Positions 51,711 through 60,763 of a stretch of DNA of 64,000 nucleotides are shown piece after piece (the stretch's first letter is position 1; each line of letters begins with the position of its first letter). The position numbers and the translations under genes were made by a program. The DNA is from Candidatus Doriopsillibacter californiensis (GTDB taxonomy: Bacteria > Pseudomonadota > Gammaproteobacteria > Tethybacterales > Persebacteraceae), in NCBI GenBank assembly GCA_030386295.1, contig JANQAO010000002.1, forward strand, positions 186,868-250,867. The letters are read 5' to 3'. Below the pieces are notes generated by a model, which saw only the letters and a program-made list of their open reading frames with translations, was not told the DNA's origin and did not search any database.

Positions 51711-53039
51711 CTATTGGTAATCGCGCAATGCCTCTCGCGTTTTGTCAAAAATCTCGTCTAAGTGGCTTTTTTCAGCGATAAGCGGTGGCGAAAATGCCAA
51801 GGTATCACCAGTTACGCGCATCATAATGTCTTTTTCATGAAAGCACCGTTCAAAGATATTAAATGCTCGATCACCCACTTTACCCGGAATGCTTTCTAAT
51901 TCCACTGCACCCATAAAGCCAATATTGCGAATGTCTTTAACATTTGGACAATCACGCAACGAATGAATAGCTTCTTCAAAATACGCACTAAGCCCCTCGC
52001 TATCAATGCGCTCCATCAGACCTTCTTCTTCGTACAAATTTAAAGCACCACGACCGGCTGCAACAGAAAGCGGGTGACCGGAATAGGTATAGCCATGGAA
52101 AAAATCAATCTCCTTTTCTTGAGCGGCATCTATAAAAGTCTGGCGAATATCATCACGCACCAACACGCCACCCAAAGGCGCACAACCGCTAGTAACACCT
52201 TTGGCAAAGGTAATCATATCTGGAGTAACACCAAAATATTCTGCTGCTGTCTTTTTGCCCAACCGCCCAAAGGCAGTAATTACTTCGTCATAAATAAGCA
52301 AAATATCGTTGGCACTACAAATTTCGCGCAATCGTTTTAAGTATCCTTGAGGCGGCGGTAGCACGCCGGCAGAGCCGGATACCGGTTCTACTATCACCGC
52401 AGCGATAGTAGAAGCATCGTGTAGAGCGATAATTTGTTGTAAAGCATCGGCGTAGGATTCGCCGCCATGTTCGGGGATACCGCGAGAAAAGCCATTTTTT
52501 TGTGGATTATGAGTGTGCGGTAGATGATCAACTCTGAGCATTTGATTACCAAACCACAGACGATTTTTTACAATACCGCCCACCGACATTCCGCCAAAGC
52601 CCACGCCATGATAGCCGCGCTCACGACCTACTAATAATTGTTTGCCGCCGTTACCGCGAATTTTGTGATAGGCCAAGGCCATTTTGAGCGCACTGTCATC
52701 GGCTTCCGAGCCAGAATTAGTCAAGAAAACGCTGTTGAGTTCGTCGGGAAAGTATGTCGCCAATCGTTCGCTAAATTCAAAAACACTCGGGTGTCCCAAG
52801 TGGAAAGTTGGGGCAAAATCTAACACGGCCGCCTGTTCTTGAATAGCACGCACAATGGGCTCACGGCAATGTCCTCCATTGCTACACCACAAGCCAGAAG
52901 TTGCATCCAGCAGCTTCCGTCCGTCCATGTCATAACAGTGCATGTCTTTTGCCGAAGCGAGTAATCGTGGCTTTGATTTAAAATTTTTATTAGATGAATA
53001 AGGCATCCAAAAAGCATCCATAGTGGGTTGTATCGTCAT
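51711..53039 (-). CDS. Class III (omega-amino acid:pyruvate type) aminotransferase
   Basis: PLP fold-type I motifs (DEVITAFGRLG, Lys in TFAKG). The N-terminus is typical of beta-alanine--pyruvate transaminases (FWMPYSSN). Confidence 0.85.
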   Translation of the reverse strand: MTIQPTMDAFWMPYSSNKNFKSKPRLLASAKDMHCYDMDGRKLLDATSGLWCSNGGHCREPIVRAIQEQAAVLDFAPTFHLGHPSVFEFSERLATYFPDELNSVFLTNSGSEADDSALKMALAYHKIRGNGGKQLLVGRERGYHGVGFGGMSVGGIVKNRLWFGNQMLRVDHLPHTHNPQKNGFSRGIPEHGGESYADALQQIIALHDASTIAAVIVEPVSGSAGVLPPPQGYLKRLREICSANDILLIYDEVITAFGRLGKKTAAEYFGVTPDMITFAKGVTSGCAPLGGVLVRDDIRQTFIDAAQEKEIDFFHGYTYSGHPLSVAAGRGALNLYEEEGLMERIDSEGLSAYFEEAIHSLRDCPNVKDIRNIGFMGAVELESIPGKVGDRAFNIFERCFHEKDIMMRVTGDTLAFSPPLIAEKSHLDEIFDKTREALRDYQ

Positions 53040-53061
53040 TGATAATTCCTTTCTCAACAGA

Positions 53062-53472
53062 TTATAAAATTGCCATAAAATGGCGGTTAGCTATTTCTTT
53101 CCGCGCTTGCGCGTCCAGCCAGCTTTGCAAAATCACACTAGCCGCCGCACTATCGGTATCGGCATGATGCGCAACAATTTGGGTTGTCAAACGCTCATCG
53201 GCAAATGCGACCGGCAGATTAACTTGTTCTTGCAAACGACGGGCAAAATCGCGGCAATAGGTAGTCATACTGTGTTCTGTGTCATCCATATGTCGGGGCA
53301 GACCGACAATAATTTGTTGTGGTTGCCATTGCCGAATAAGTTCGCCGATAGCAGTAAGCTGACTGCTGCGCCCACCGCGCACGGTAGTAAGAGGACGGGC
53401 GGAGGCAGTCAAGGTGTTGCCGACGGCAATACCCGACTTCTTACGTCCCACATCAATGGCCAGCAACACCAA
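53062..53472 (-). CDS. ruvX: Holliday-junction resolvase-like / pre-16S rRNA nuclease
   Basis: YqgF family: LLAIDVGRKKSGIAVG...DERLTT. Confidence 0.9.
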   Translation of the reverse strand: MVLLAIDVGRKKSGIAVGNTLTASARPLTTVRGGRSSQLTAIGELIRQWQPQQIIVGLPRHMDDTEHSMTTYCRDFARRLQEQVNLPVAFADERLTTQIVAHHADTDSAAASVILQSWLDAQARKEIANRHFMAIL

Positions 53473-53484
53473 AGGTCTGTCTCA

Positions 53485-54021
53485 TTAAGCGTTACCTATG
53501 TCGCTAGAATAACTGGTGATGTCAAATCCCAAGCGGCGCGCCGCTTCGTGCAAGCGTTGTGGTGGCGGCATGTCAAAAATAATATCGGGGCTGGCTTCTA
53601 CTGCCAGCCAGGCGTTGTCACTAATTTCACTTTCCAACTGACCTTTGGACCAACCGGCATAACCAAAGGCAAAAAGCATTTTTTGCGGCGCTCGATTTTC
53701 GCTAATGGCAGCTAAAATATCCTTGGACATGGTAACGCCGATTTTGTCGTCTACTTTGATAGTAACGTCGTACTCTTCTGGTGGACTGTGCAAAATAAAC
53801 ACTTGTTCGGGCTTGACTGGCCCGCCTTTGAGCACCGGCGTTTTTCCGCCAACACCACCAATTTCAAGTGAACTAAGTAGCTCCGTTACCGACGTATCAC
53901 TGGGTTTGTTGACAACCAAACCAAAAGCGCCATCATCATCGTGACGGCAAACATAAATCACCGATTGCTCAAAAACGGAACGATCCAAATTGCTTGTGGC
54001 AATAAGGAAGTGATTAGTCAT
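53485..54021 (-). CDS. yqgE: YqgE/AlgH-family protein
   Basis: HFLIATSNL...SVIYVCRHDDDGAFGLVVNKP matches the family N-terminus. It lies upstream of ruvX, as in E. coli. Confidence 0.85.
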   Translation of the reverse strand: MTNHFLIATSNLDRSVFEQSVIYVCRHDDDGAFGLVVNKPSDTSVTELLSSLEIGGVGGKTPVLKGGPVKPEQVFILHSPPEEYDVTIKVDDKIGVTMSKDILAAISENRAPQKMLFAFGYAGWSKGQLESEISDNAWLAVEASPDIIFDMPPPQRLHEAARRLGFDITSYSSDIGNA

Positions 54022-54172
54022 ATTTAGAAATTCTTTAGCGGGTTTCATTGCTCCCATTGTAGCAAAAAGCGCGAAAAAACTAGGGAGAAATAGCCGAAAA
54101 ATTCGAGTTAGTCCGTGATACTGAAATGACCGTCAATATTGCCGTAATGCGAATCGTTTCTTACTACCATCC

Positions 54173-54200
54173 GCCGAAACTTCTTTTTCGGCTTTTATTG
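54173..54200 (+). terminator. Terminator-like hairpin with no upstream ORF (possible 3' end of a small RNA)
   Basis: GCCGAAA-CTTCTT-TTTCGGC followed by TTTTATTGCTTTTG, inside a ~500-bp noncoding gap. Confidence 0.4.
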
Positions 54201-54553
54201 CTTTTGCTAGTCTCCGTCTCCTTCAGTTTTATAGAATAATTAGTAAAGAACACATCATTTTAATAACAGCTTATCCTGTAATTTTCAATGCCCGCCACCA
54301 ATATTTGAGCCCCTTTACGAAGCTGATTTACGAGAGTTTTTACCTTTTGGCACAATCGTATTTTGTTATCTTATAATAATGAAAATTATAAATTTCGCTA
54401 GAAATTAGACTTGACGCCACCTCAAGAGGCTGAGCTTAGTGTGTCCGATTCTTAGATATAAATAAAATCTAGCGTCCCCAATTTTTTATATTGAAAAAGA
54501 AAAAACATGAGCGATACAAATTATTTTTTGGGCTTTATTGATGGACAGCGGAC

Positions 54554-55654
54554 ATGAATATTCCATCAACCATGCGCGCCGTCGTCCTTACCGGTCACGG
54601 CGGTTTAGATAAATTATCTTATCGGGAAGACTGGCCAACTCCCACACCGCAAGCCGGCGAAGCGTTAATTAAAGTTGCCGCTTGCGGGCTTAACAATACC
54701 GACATTAACACTCGGACGGCGTGGTATTCCAAAGCGGTAAATAGCGGCACGACGAATGACGGTATCAAAACAGAGTCTGCCGACACTGCCGAACAAGATG
54801 CCAGCTGGGGAGGCAACGCCATCACTTTCCCACGCATCCAGGGAGCGGATCCAGTTGGTACGGTAGTCGCACTAGGCAACGGAGCACCAAAATCGTTGTT
54901 GGGGCAGCGGGTGATGATAGAAACTTGGCTGTGTTCGGATAATGCAGGTACTTCCAGCATCGGCTACTTTGGTTCGGAATGTGATGGTGGCTATGCCGAT
55001 TACACGGTTGCACCAGTGCGCAATATTCATCCCATCGACTGCCCGTTGAGCGATGCAGAATTAGCCACTTTTGCTACTTCTTATGTGACTGCCGAAAACA
55101 TGCTCACTCGTGCCGGAGTAAAGACCGGCGATGCGGTGTTAATTACCGGTGCTTCTGGCGGCGTAGGTTCGGCGTTAATACAACTTACCGCCCGCCGCGG
55201 TGCTATACCAGTAGGTATGGCAACAGAAAACAAACATGCGGCACTAGCACCACTGGGATGTCCGTTGCTGCCGCGCGAACCAGAAAATTTAAAGGTGGCA
55301 CTACAACAAGCCATCGGACGCGCCGATGTCGATGTGATTGCCGATGTAGTAGGCGGTGACTCATGGCGACAATGGATTAATGTTTTACACCGTAGCGGAC
55401 GCTATGTAGTATCTGGCGCTATTGCCGGTCCGATGGTGGAGTTAGACTTGCGCACACTATATTTGCAGGACTTAATTTTTTACGGTGCCACCGTTGCTCC
55501 ACCACTCATATTTTCTAATTTAGTAAACTACATCACTCGCGGTGAGATCAAACCGCTACTGGCAAAAACTTTTCCGCTACGAGAGCTGACACAAGCACAA
55601 GAGATGTTTGTCGCAAAAAAACACATCGGCAATATTGTAGTGACCATGGCGTAA
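54554..55654 (+). CDS. Medium-chain dehydrogenase/reductase (zinc-type alcohol dehydrogenase / quinone oxidoreductase family)
   Basis: MRAVVLTGHGG...LINV start typical of the MDR family, and the cofactor motif ITGASGGVGSALIQL. Confidence 0.8.
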   Translation: MNIPSTMRAVVLTGHGGLDKLSYREDWPTPTPQAGEALIKVAACGLNNTDINTRTAWYSKAVNSGTTNDGIKTESADTAEQDASWGGNAITFPRIQGADPVGTVVALGNGAPKSLLGQRVMIETWLCSDNAGTSSIGYFGSECDGGYADYTVAPVRNIHPIDCPLSDAELATFATSYVTAENMLTRAGVKTGDAVLITGASGGVGSALIQLTARRGAIPVGMATENKHAALAPLGCPLLPREPENLKVALQQAIGRADVDVIADVVGGDSWRQWINVLHRSGRYVVSGAIAGPMVELDLRTLYLQDLIFYGATVAPPLIFSNLVNYITRGEIKPLLAKTFPLRELTQAQEMFVAKKHIGNIVVTMA

Positions 55655-55926
55655 ATCGTATTTGGGGGTGTTTATAAATCACCCACTTGAGTGCTGAACT
55701 CTGAGAGCAAAACCACCGACGCGATGCTTAATAAATCGCTAAAAATACCGAAAATTGGGTGTTGGAAAAGACAACTTATTTCATATCCTTAGGTTACAAC
55801 AGCTCTGCCAAGTGTAAGTACAACTGATTTTCCAATTTTTGAATGTTTTTTTATGGTATTATTTATGGTTCCGCGTTTTGTGACCGGTTAATATTAAAAC
55901 AATCTAATCTTGAAGGAATCACTACC

Positions 55927-56991
55927 ATGACAACGAAAAGAGACTTAGTCACCCGCTTAGATGATGGCGGCGTGTTATGTGCTGAAGGCTTTTTATTTGA
56001 AATAGAGCGGCGCGGCTATATGGCATCTGGTGCTTTTGTTCCCGAAGTAGCACTGGAAAACCCCCATGCTCTGCGTACGCTACACAAAGACTTTCAACAT
56101 GCTGGCAGCGATGTTGTACAAGCTTTTACATACAATGGCCACCGCGAAAAAATGCGGGTTTTAGGCAAAGAAGAGCTATTGGAGCCACTCAACAAGGCAG
56201 CGTTACAAATTGCTACCGACGTGGCAAATGACGTCCCCGAAGGCATCGAACCCAATCTCGTCGCCGGAAATATCTCCAATACTAACCTTTGGCATCCAGA
56301 TGATAAAAACGCACAAAAAGAAGTGCGCAAAATGTTTGACGAAATGATTGGCTGGGCGGTTGACGCTGGCGTTGACTTGATTATCGGCGAAACTTTTTAT
56401 TATGCCGGCGAAGCCTTTGCCGCACTAGAAGCCATTCAACAAAGTGGCTTGCCAGCGGTGGTGACGATTTCACCGATGGGTGAAAACAAAATGCGTGATG
56501 ACTGGGATGTTGTAGACACCTGCGCCGAACTGGAACAACGCGGTGCTACAGTAACCGGCATGAACTGTTTTCGTGGTCCACAAACGATGATGCCTTATAT
56601 CCACGAGATTCGCAAGCGCGTAAAGTGCCATGTCGCAGCACTACCGATAACTTTTCGGACCACACCAGAGCACCCGACATTTTTTAATCTGCCAGATAAC
56701 AACGGCTGCACCTGCCCAGCACCACACGGCCGGTCGTTTCCTACCGCATTAGAAGCGATGTCGTGCAACCGTTATGAAATTCGCGCCTTTGCTGACGAAG
56801 CGTGGGCGTTGGGGGTGAATTATCTGGGTGTCTGTTGCGGTGCCGTGCCGATTTACATCCGCGAAGTAGCAGAAGCGATGGGACGGCGTCCTCCAGCAAG
56901 CCGCTATGATGTAGATATGTCACGCCATTTTATTTATGGCTCACACGAACGCCTTGCCAACCACATTACATCTTACGGCGACCGAGCATAA
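55927..56991 (+). CDS. bhmt: Betaine--homocysteine S-methyltransferase-like (Hcy-binding domain) protein
   Basis: GVLCAEGFLFEIERRGY, HKDFQHAGSDVVQAFTY and GVCCG are collinear with animal/bacterial BHMT as I recall it. The ATG at 55927 is preceded by GAAGGA. Confidence 0.75.
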   Translation: MTTKRDLVTRLDDGGVLCAEGFLFEIERRGYMASGAFVPEVALENPHALRTLHKDFQHAGSDVVQAFTYNGHREKMRVLGKEELLEPLNKAALQIATDVANDVPEGIEPNLVAGNISNTNLWHPDDKNAQKEVRKMFDEMIGWAVDAGVDLIIGETFYYAGEAFAALEAIQQSGLPAVVTISPMGENKMRDDWDVVDTCAELEQRGATVTGMNCFRGPQTMMPYIHEIRKRVKCHVAALPITFRTTPEHPTFFNLPDNNGCTCPAPHGRSFPTALEAMSCNRYEIRAFADEAWALGVNYLGVCCGAVPIYIREVAEAMGRRPPASRYDVDMSRHFIYGSHERLANHITSYGDRA

Positions 56992-57116
56992 TTTTAGATG
57001 GGCGGGAGGATTACCTTCCCGCTTACTGTTGGTAGCAATTAAGTAGCGTTGGCAATCTAATAAGCCGACGCCACATCTCATGTTAGACGATTACTTGGGT
57101 AGTAACGACATTAGTA

Positions 57117-58742
57117 ATCTACGATAGCAGAAATTATATGTGCCTATTAGACGACAAAAGAAAAATCACTTCCAAAAAAGATCTACGATAGTAGAAATTA
57201 TATGTGCCTATTAGACAACCATGAGACCAGTCGGTAACCGCGTATCTACGATAGTAGAAATTATATGTGCCTATTAGACCCGGTGTAAAAATCAACGGTC
57301 AGAGAAATCTACGATAGTAGAAATTATATGTGCCTATTAGACACGTATAAACCTAATAAGTAGCATCACAATCTACGATAGTAGAAATTATATGTGCCTA
57401 TTAGACAACAGCGCAAGAAGCCGAAAATTCATAAATCTACGATAGTAGAAATTATATGTGCCTATTAGACCCTCACGAACGGATATAAACCCATCGTAAT
57501 ATCTACGATAGTAGAAATTATATGTGCCTATTAGACATAATAGGCGAAGACGGGTTAACCGAAATCTACGATAGTAGAAATTATATGTGCCTATTAGACG
57601 GGCATAACAGTATTACGTAATCCTTATTATCTACGATAGTAGAAATTATATGTGCCTATTAGACATTCGCGTGCCTAATGTTATCGCACCTATCTACGAT
57701 AGTAGAAATTATATGTGCCTATTAGACTAGCCGGCAGAATATAATCAGAAACAATCTACGATAGTAGAAATTATATGTGCCTATTAGACTCGGACAGTAA
57801 TAAATCATCACGCGCGATCTACGATAGTAGAAATTATATGTGCCTATTAGACGCGGAAGCAAAGCGGCTGGCTATATGGCATCTACGATAGTAGAAATTA
57901 TATGTGCCTATTAGACACAGCGCAAGACGCTGAAAACTCATAACAATCTACGATAGTAGAAATTATATGTGCCTATTAGACTGCCAAGAATATTAACTAC
58001 GCTCACTATCTACGATAGTAGAAATTATATGTGCCTATTAGACTTTTAAATAGCCATACTTACTAAGGAGGATCTACGATAGTAGAAATTATATGTGCCT
58101 ATTAGACATTAATTAATTGCATCTCGGAGGGAGGATCTACGATAGTAGAAATTATATGTGCCTATTAGACCATCAATCTCAACAATTAATTCACTCAATC
58201 TACGATAGTAGAAATTATATGTGCCTATTAGACTGGGGATGACCCTCATGCAGATTTAATATCTACGATAGTAGAAATTATATGTGCCTATTAGACGATT
58301 TTAATACCCGGAATGCCATGAAATCTACGATAGTAGAAATTATATGTGCCTATTAGACGAGACTAACCGGGTGGAACGGCATAGCCGATCTACGATAGTA
58401 GAAATTATATGTGCCTATTAGACCTCTGGTCATTTATTCATGTGGTCGGAATCTACGATAGTAGAAATTATATGTGCCTATTAGACAAAAGAAAAATTAC
58501 TCGTAGAAGTTAAATCTACGATAGTAGAAATTATATGTGCCTATTAGACGTCAAGAAAAGACAATAAAAGGTTATAATCTACGATAGTAGAAATTATATG
58601 TGCCTATTAGACACATATAAAACCTGTCAAGCCGAAGGGTGTATCTACGATAGTAGAAATTATATGTGCCTATTAGACGTAAAAATGAAAAGGAAGTAAA
58701 AATGAAATCTACGATAGTAGAAATTATATGTGCCTATTAGAC
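57117..58742 (-). CRISPR. Type V-A CRISPR array: 26 repeats of 36 bp, 25 spacers of 26-30 nt
   Basis: In the transcribed sense the repeat is GTCTAATAGGCACATATAATTTCTACTATCGTAGAT. Its 3' part, AAUUUCUAC-UAUC-GUAGAU, is the Cas12a crRNA handle. Repeats start at 57117, 57181, 57244 ... 58707. Only the distal repeat (57117) carries a substitution. Confidence 0.97.
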
Positions 58743-58748
58743 AGCTAT

Positions 58749-58777
58749 TTAATAAAAACATCGCCTTTCGCATTCAA
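58749..58777 (-). promoter_or_regulatory. Candidate sigma70 promoter in the CRISPR leader
   Basis: On the minus strand, TTGAAT-17 nt-TATTAA ends 6 nt before the first repeat. The leader (58743-58895) is AT-rich and also contains the palindrome GTTTGCAAAC (58859-58868). Confidence 0.35.
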
Positions 58778-58895
58778 CGAACGCGATTTTTTACTTTTTA
58801 TCGCTGTTTTTAATGAACAGTAAGCTTTTTCTCGGAAGATTTTTTCATTAAGACCAAGGTTTGCAAACGCTTTTTCTAGCACGATTCAGATTCTA

Positions 58896-59168
58896 TCATA
58901 AGACAATTAAATCCGTATCGTCATTTAGTGCATAACCATAATGGGTAATTTTGCATTGTTTGCTCATACTAAAAATCATGATGCTATCGCGCTGAGAAAA
59001 TCTTTTTTCAAATCGTCCCTTGATTTCCGACTCTATAATTGCCAAAACTCGCGCGCTATTTCTTATCTCAAAAATAGAATATTGCAACCGATAACCAAAT
59101 TTACTTAAATATTTAGAAAACTCAGTACGTAGTTTCGTATCGCTAATGTCATAAGAAACAATCAGCAT
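58896..59168 (-). CDS. cas2: CRISPR-associated endoribonuclease Cas2
   Basis: 90 aa, MLIVSYDIS...YSIFE ferredoxin-like Cas2 pattern. It overlaps cas1 by 7 nt. Confidence 0.95.
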   Translation of the reverse strand: MLIVSYDISDTKLRTEFSKYLSKFGYRLQYSIFEIRNSARVLAIIESEIKGRFEKRFSQRDSIMIFSMSKQCKITHYGYALNDDTDLIVL

Positions 59169-60154
59169 TTTTCATTCAAAAATTTATTAAATAACGGATA
59201 TTCGTCAACTGGTTTCTGTCGCATAAAGCAACGATAATACTGTTGAGTGTACAAAAACATGCCCTGCTTGTGTGTCAAAATTTCCTCTAGCAACCATTTC
59301 AAATAGCTACGCGATTTTTCTCCAAACAAACGATATTGCCCCTGTATCACATCAAAATCTTCTACATTAACCTGCCCCAAACTAAAAGCCTTGCGGATAC
59401 GGCTGTCAATAATAGGACGAAAAGGCTCCACCAAATCACAAACTAACGACTTGCGCTGATAAAACTGCTGATGATACACACCCCTATACAGGTCAAAGCC
59501 ATACAGATTAAGTAAGCCTTCCACAAAATTAAATAGCAGCGTATAGCCGATATCTAGTAACGTGTTGGTCGGATCTTGCTTAGCTCGAGGTTTTCTGCCG
59601 TGCCAACTCTCTCGTCCAAATAGTTGTTGAAAATAAACCCGCGCAGCACTACCTTCTAATCCTAATAAATTTTGTAAATCCAAATCAGGAGAAGGAAGTC
59701 GCGCTTCATGATTTTGCAGGTGTTGAATTGCTATCCGTTTTTTTTCATCTTTATTGCGAATATTTTTTAACACTTCTCGCTGTTGCTGAATTTTGTTCAT
59801 AACTAAGTGTTGGGCAAGATCAGTGTTTTCATAGTCATATTGTCTTTTCCGAAGTACTACATTACCCTCAGTTTTATTATTAAATTGACCATACACTGTC
59901 AGGTTGTGTCCCATCAATATCAGGCTAAAACCAAATTTTTTCGCACGCTGCAACAATCCCGAAGTAACAACAACATGACCAACAATAAACAAAGCAAAAA
60001 GTCGGTAACAGGTAGACTGATGTTTAATGTTTTCATCTTCACCTCTGATAATAATATTGTCATTTTTAAAACTCAGCTTGTCCCCCCGACTTAGCAATGC
60101 CAGCACAATTTGTTTTTGTTTAAAATCTGGCGCGCTAAGCATGGTCTCAATCAA
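59162..60154 (-). CDS. cas1: CRISPR-associated integrase Cas1
   Basis: 330 aa with conserved Cas1 C-terminal domain motifs (DPTNTLLDIGYTLL, SLVCDLVEPFRPIID). Confidence 0.95.
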   Translation of the reverse strand: MIETMLSAPDFKQKQIVLALLSRGDKLSFKNDNIIIRGEDENIKHQSTCYRLFALFIVGHVVVTSGLLQRAKKFGFSLILMGHNLTVYGQFNNKTEGNVVLRKRQYDYENTDLAQHLVMNKIQQQREVLKNIRNKDEKKRIAIQHLQNHEARLPSPDLDLQNLLGLEGSAARVYFQQLFGRESWHGRKPRAKQDPTNTLLDIGYTLLFNFVEGLLNLYGFDLYRGVYHQQFYQRKSLVCDLVEPFRPIIDSRIRKAFSLGQVNVEDFDVIQGQYRLFGEKSRSYLKWLLEEILTHKQGMFLYTQQYYRCFMRQKPVDEYPLFNKFLNEKC

Positions 60155-60157
60155 CCC

Positions 60158-60718
60158 TCAATCGGCCAGCGAGTAATCACACAATGCCCGGTAGACACAC
60201 TGCCGACATTTATTAACGTTGGCAACAAACGGTGCATTTAGTTCAAAATCCCGCATTTGTTGAATAAGTACCTCAAAGTCCCGCAATTTGTCTGGAGCGT
60301 CTTGTGGTAGCGGCACAAAGTAGCTTTTGTTGTCGTCCATGCTGTAGAGTTTGATTTTTTGCACCGGATAACCCATTTCAGTCAAACAAAAATATTGAGC
60401 ATATAGTTGAAAAACATAGCCGTTATATAGCATTTTTATTTTCTTTTTACGCTCGGTTAGCAACCGCTTATTTTGGTCATAAGTATCCACCTTGCCGCAT
60501 AGCCCATAAGTATCGCTGTACACCTCCACTCCCTGCATTACCGCTTTGGCGGTAGTATATGTTTTGTTGTCTATAGTTCGGTGTGCGTTCAATCCTGCCG
60601 TTTGATGAGTCGTATGATAAAAACGTTTTGACATTTTGCCGTAAAGCTGATGAAAATAAATAGAGCGCGGGCAAAAAAGAAAATCATTCAGAAAAGATAT
60701 TTGTATATACGATTCCAT
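60158..60718 (-). CDS. cas4: CRISPR-associated exonuclease Cas4
   Basis: N-terminal Cys (FLFCPR), RecB-like GKVD...ERK, QLYAQY, and the C-terminal CRQCVYRALC Fe-S cysteines. Confidence 0.9.
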   Translation of the reverse strand: MESYIQISFLNDFLFCPRSIYFHQLYGKMSKRFYHTTHQTAGLNAHRTIDNKTYTTAKAVMQGVEVYSDTYGLCGKVDTYDQNKRLLTERKKKIKMLYNGYVFQLYAQYFCLTEMGYPVQKIKLYSMDDNKSYFVPLPQDAPDKLRDFEVLIQQMRDFELNAPFVANVNKCRQCVYRALCDYSLAD

Positions 60719-60763
60719 TGTGTTCCTAATAATATAGATTAACTCGGTTTTTATTCATGTTTA

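Noticed and set aside
54378-54410. A CRISPR-repeat-like fragment (GAAAATTATA...TAGAAATTAGAC), considered as a possible orphan repeat or regulatory crRNA-like element 2.7 kb from the array.
   Set aside because: The match needs a 13-nt internal deletion or replacement. It loses the Cas12a handle stem (UCUAC...GUAGA), and the matching blocks are A/T-rich 7-9-mers, so it is most likely coincidence.
55655-55926. A possible SAM-II, SAM-V or other riboswitch in the 270-nt leader of bhmt. It contains the hairpin GCGAT-GCTTAATAA-ATCGC.
   Set aside because: I could not find the downstream AAAGC-type pseudoknot partner or any other consensus feature by eye. Only an Rfam cmsearch (RF00521, RF01826) could revive this idea.
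56014-56028. A 15-nt identity (GGCTATATGGCATCT) between the bhmt coding sequence and spacer 12 plus the adjoining repeat, which could suggest self-targeting.
   Set aside because: Only 11 nt fall in the spacer and the last 4 nt belong to the repeat. The upstream spacer bases need an indel to align. A match of this length is near chance expectation for this window size.
57153-57180. Spacer 1 and spacer 22 (58487-58513) both begin AAAAGAAAAAT.ACT, which could suggest a second related-spacer pair.
   Set aside because: The similarity is confined to an A-rich low-complexity 15-mer and decays to random afterwards, unlike the full-length match of spacers 5 and 13.
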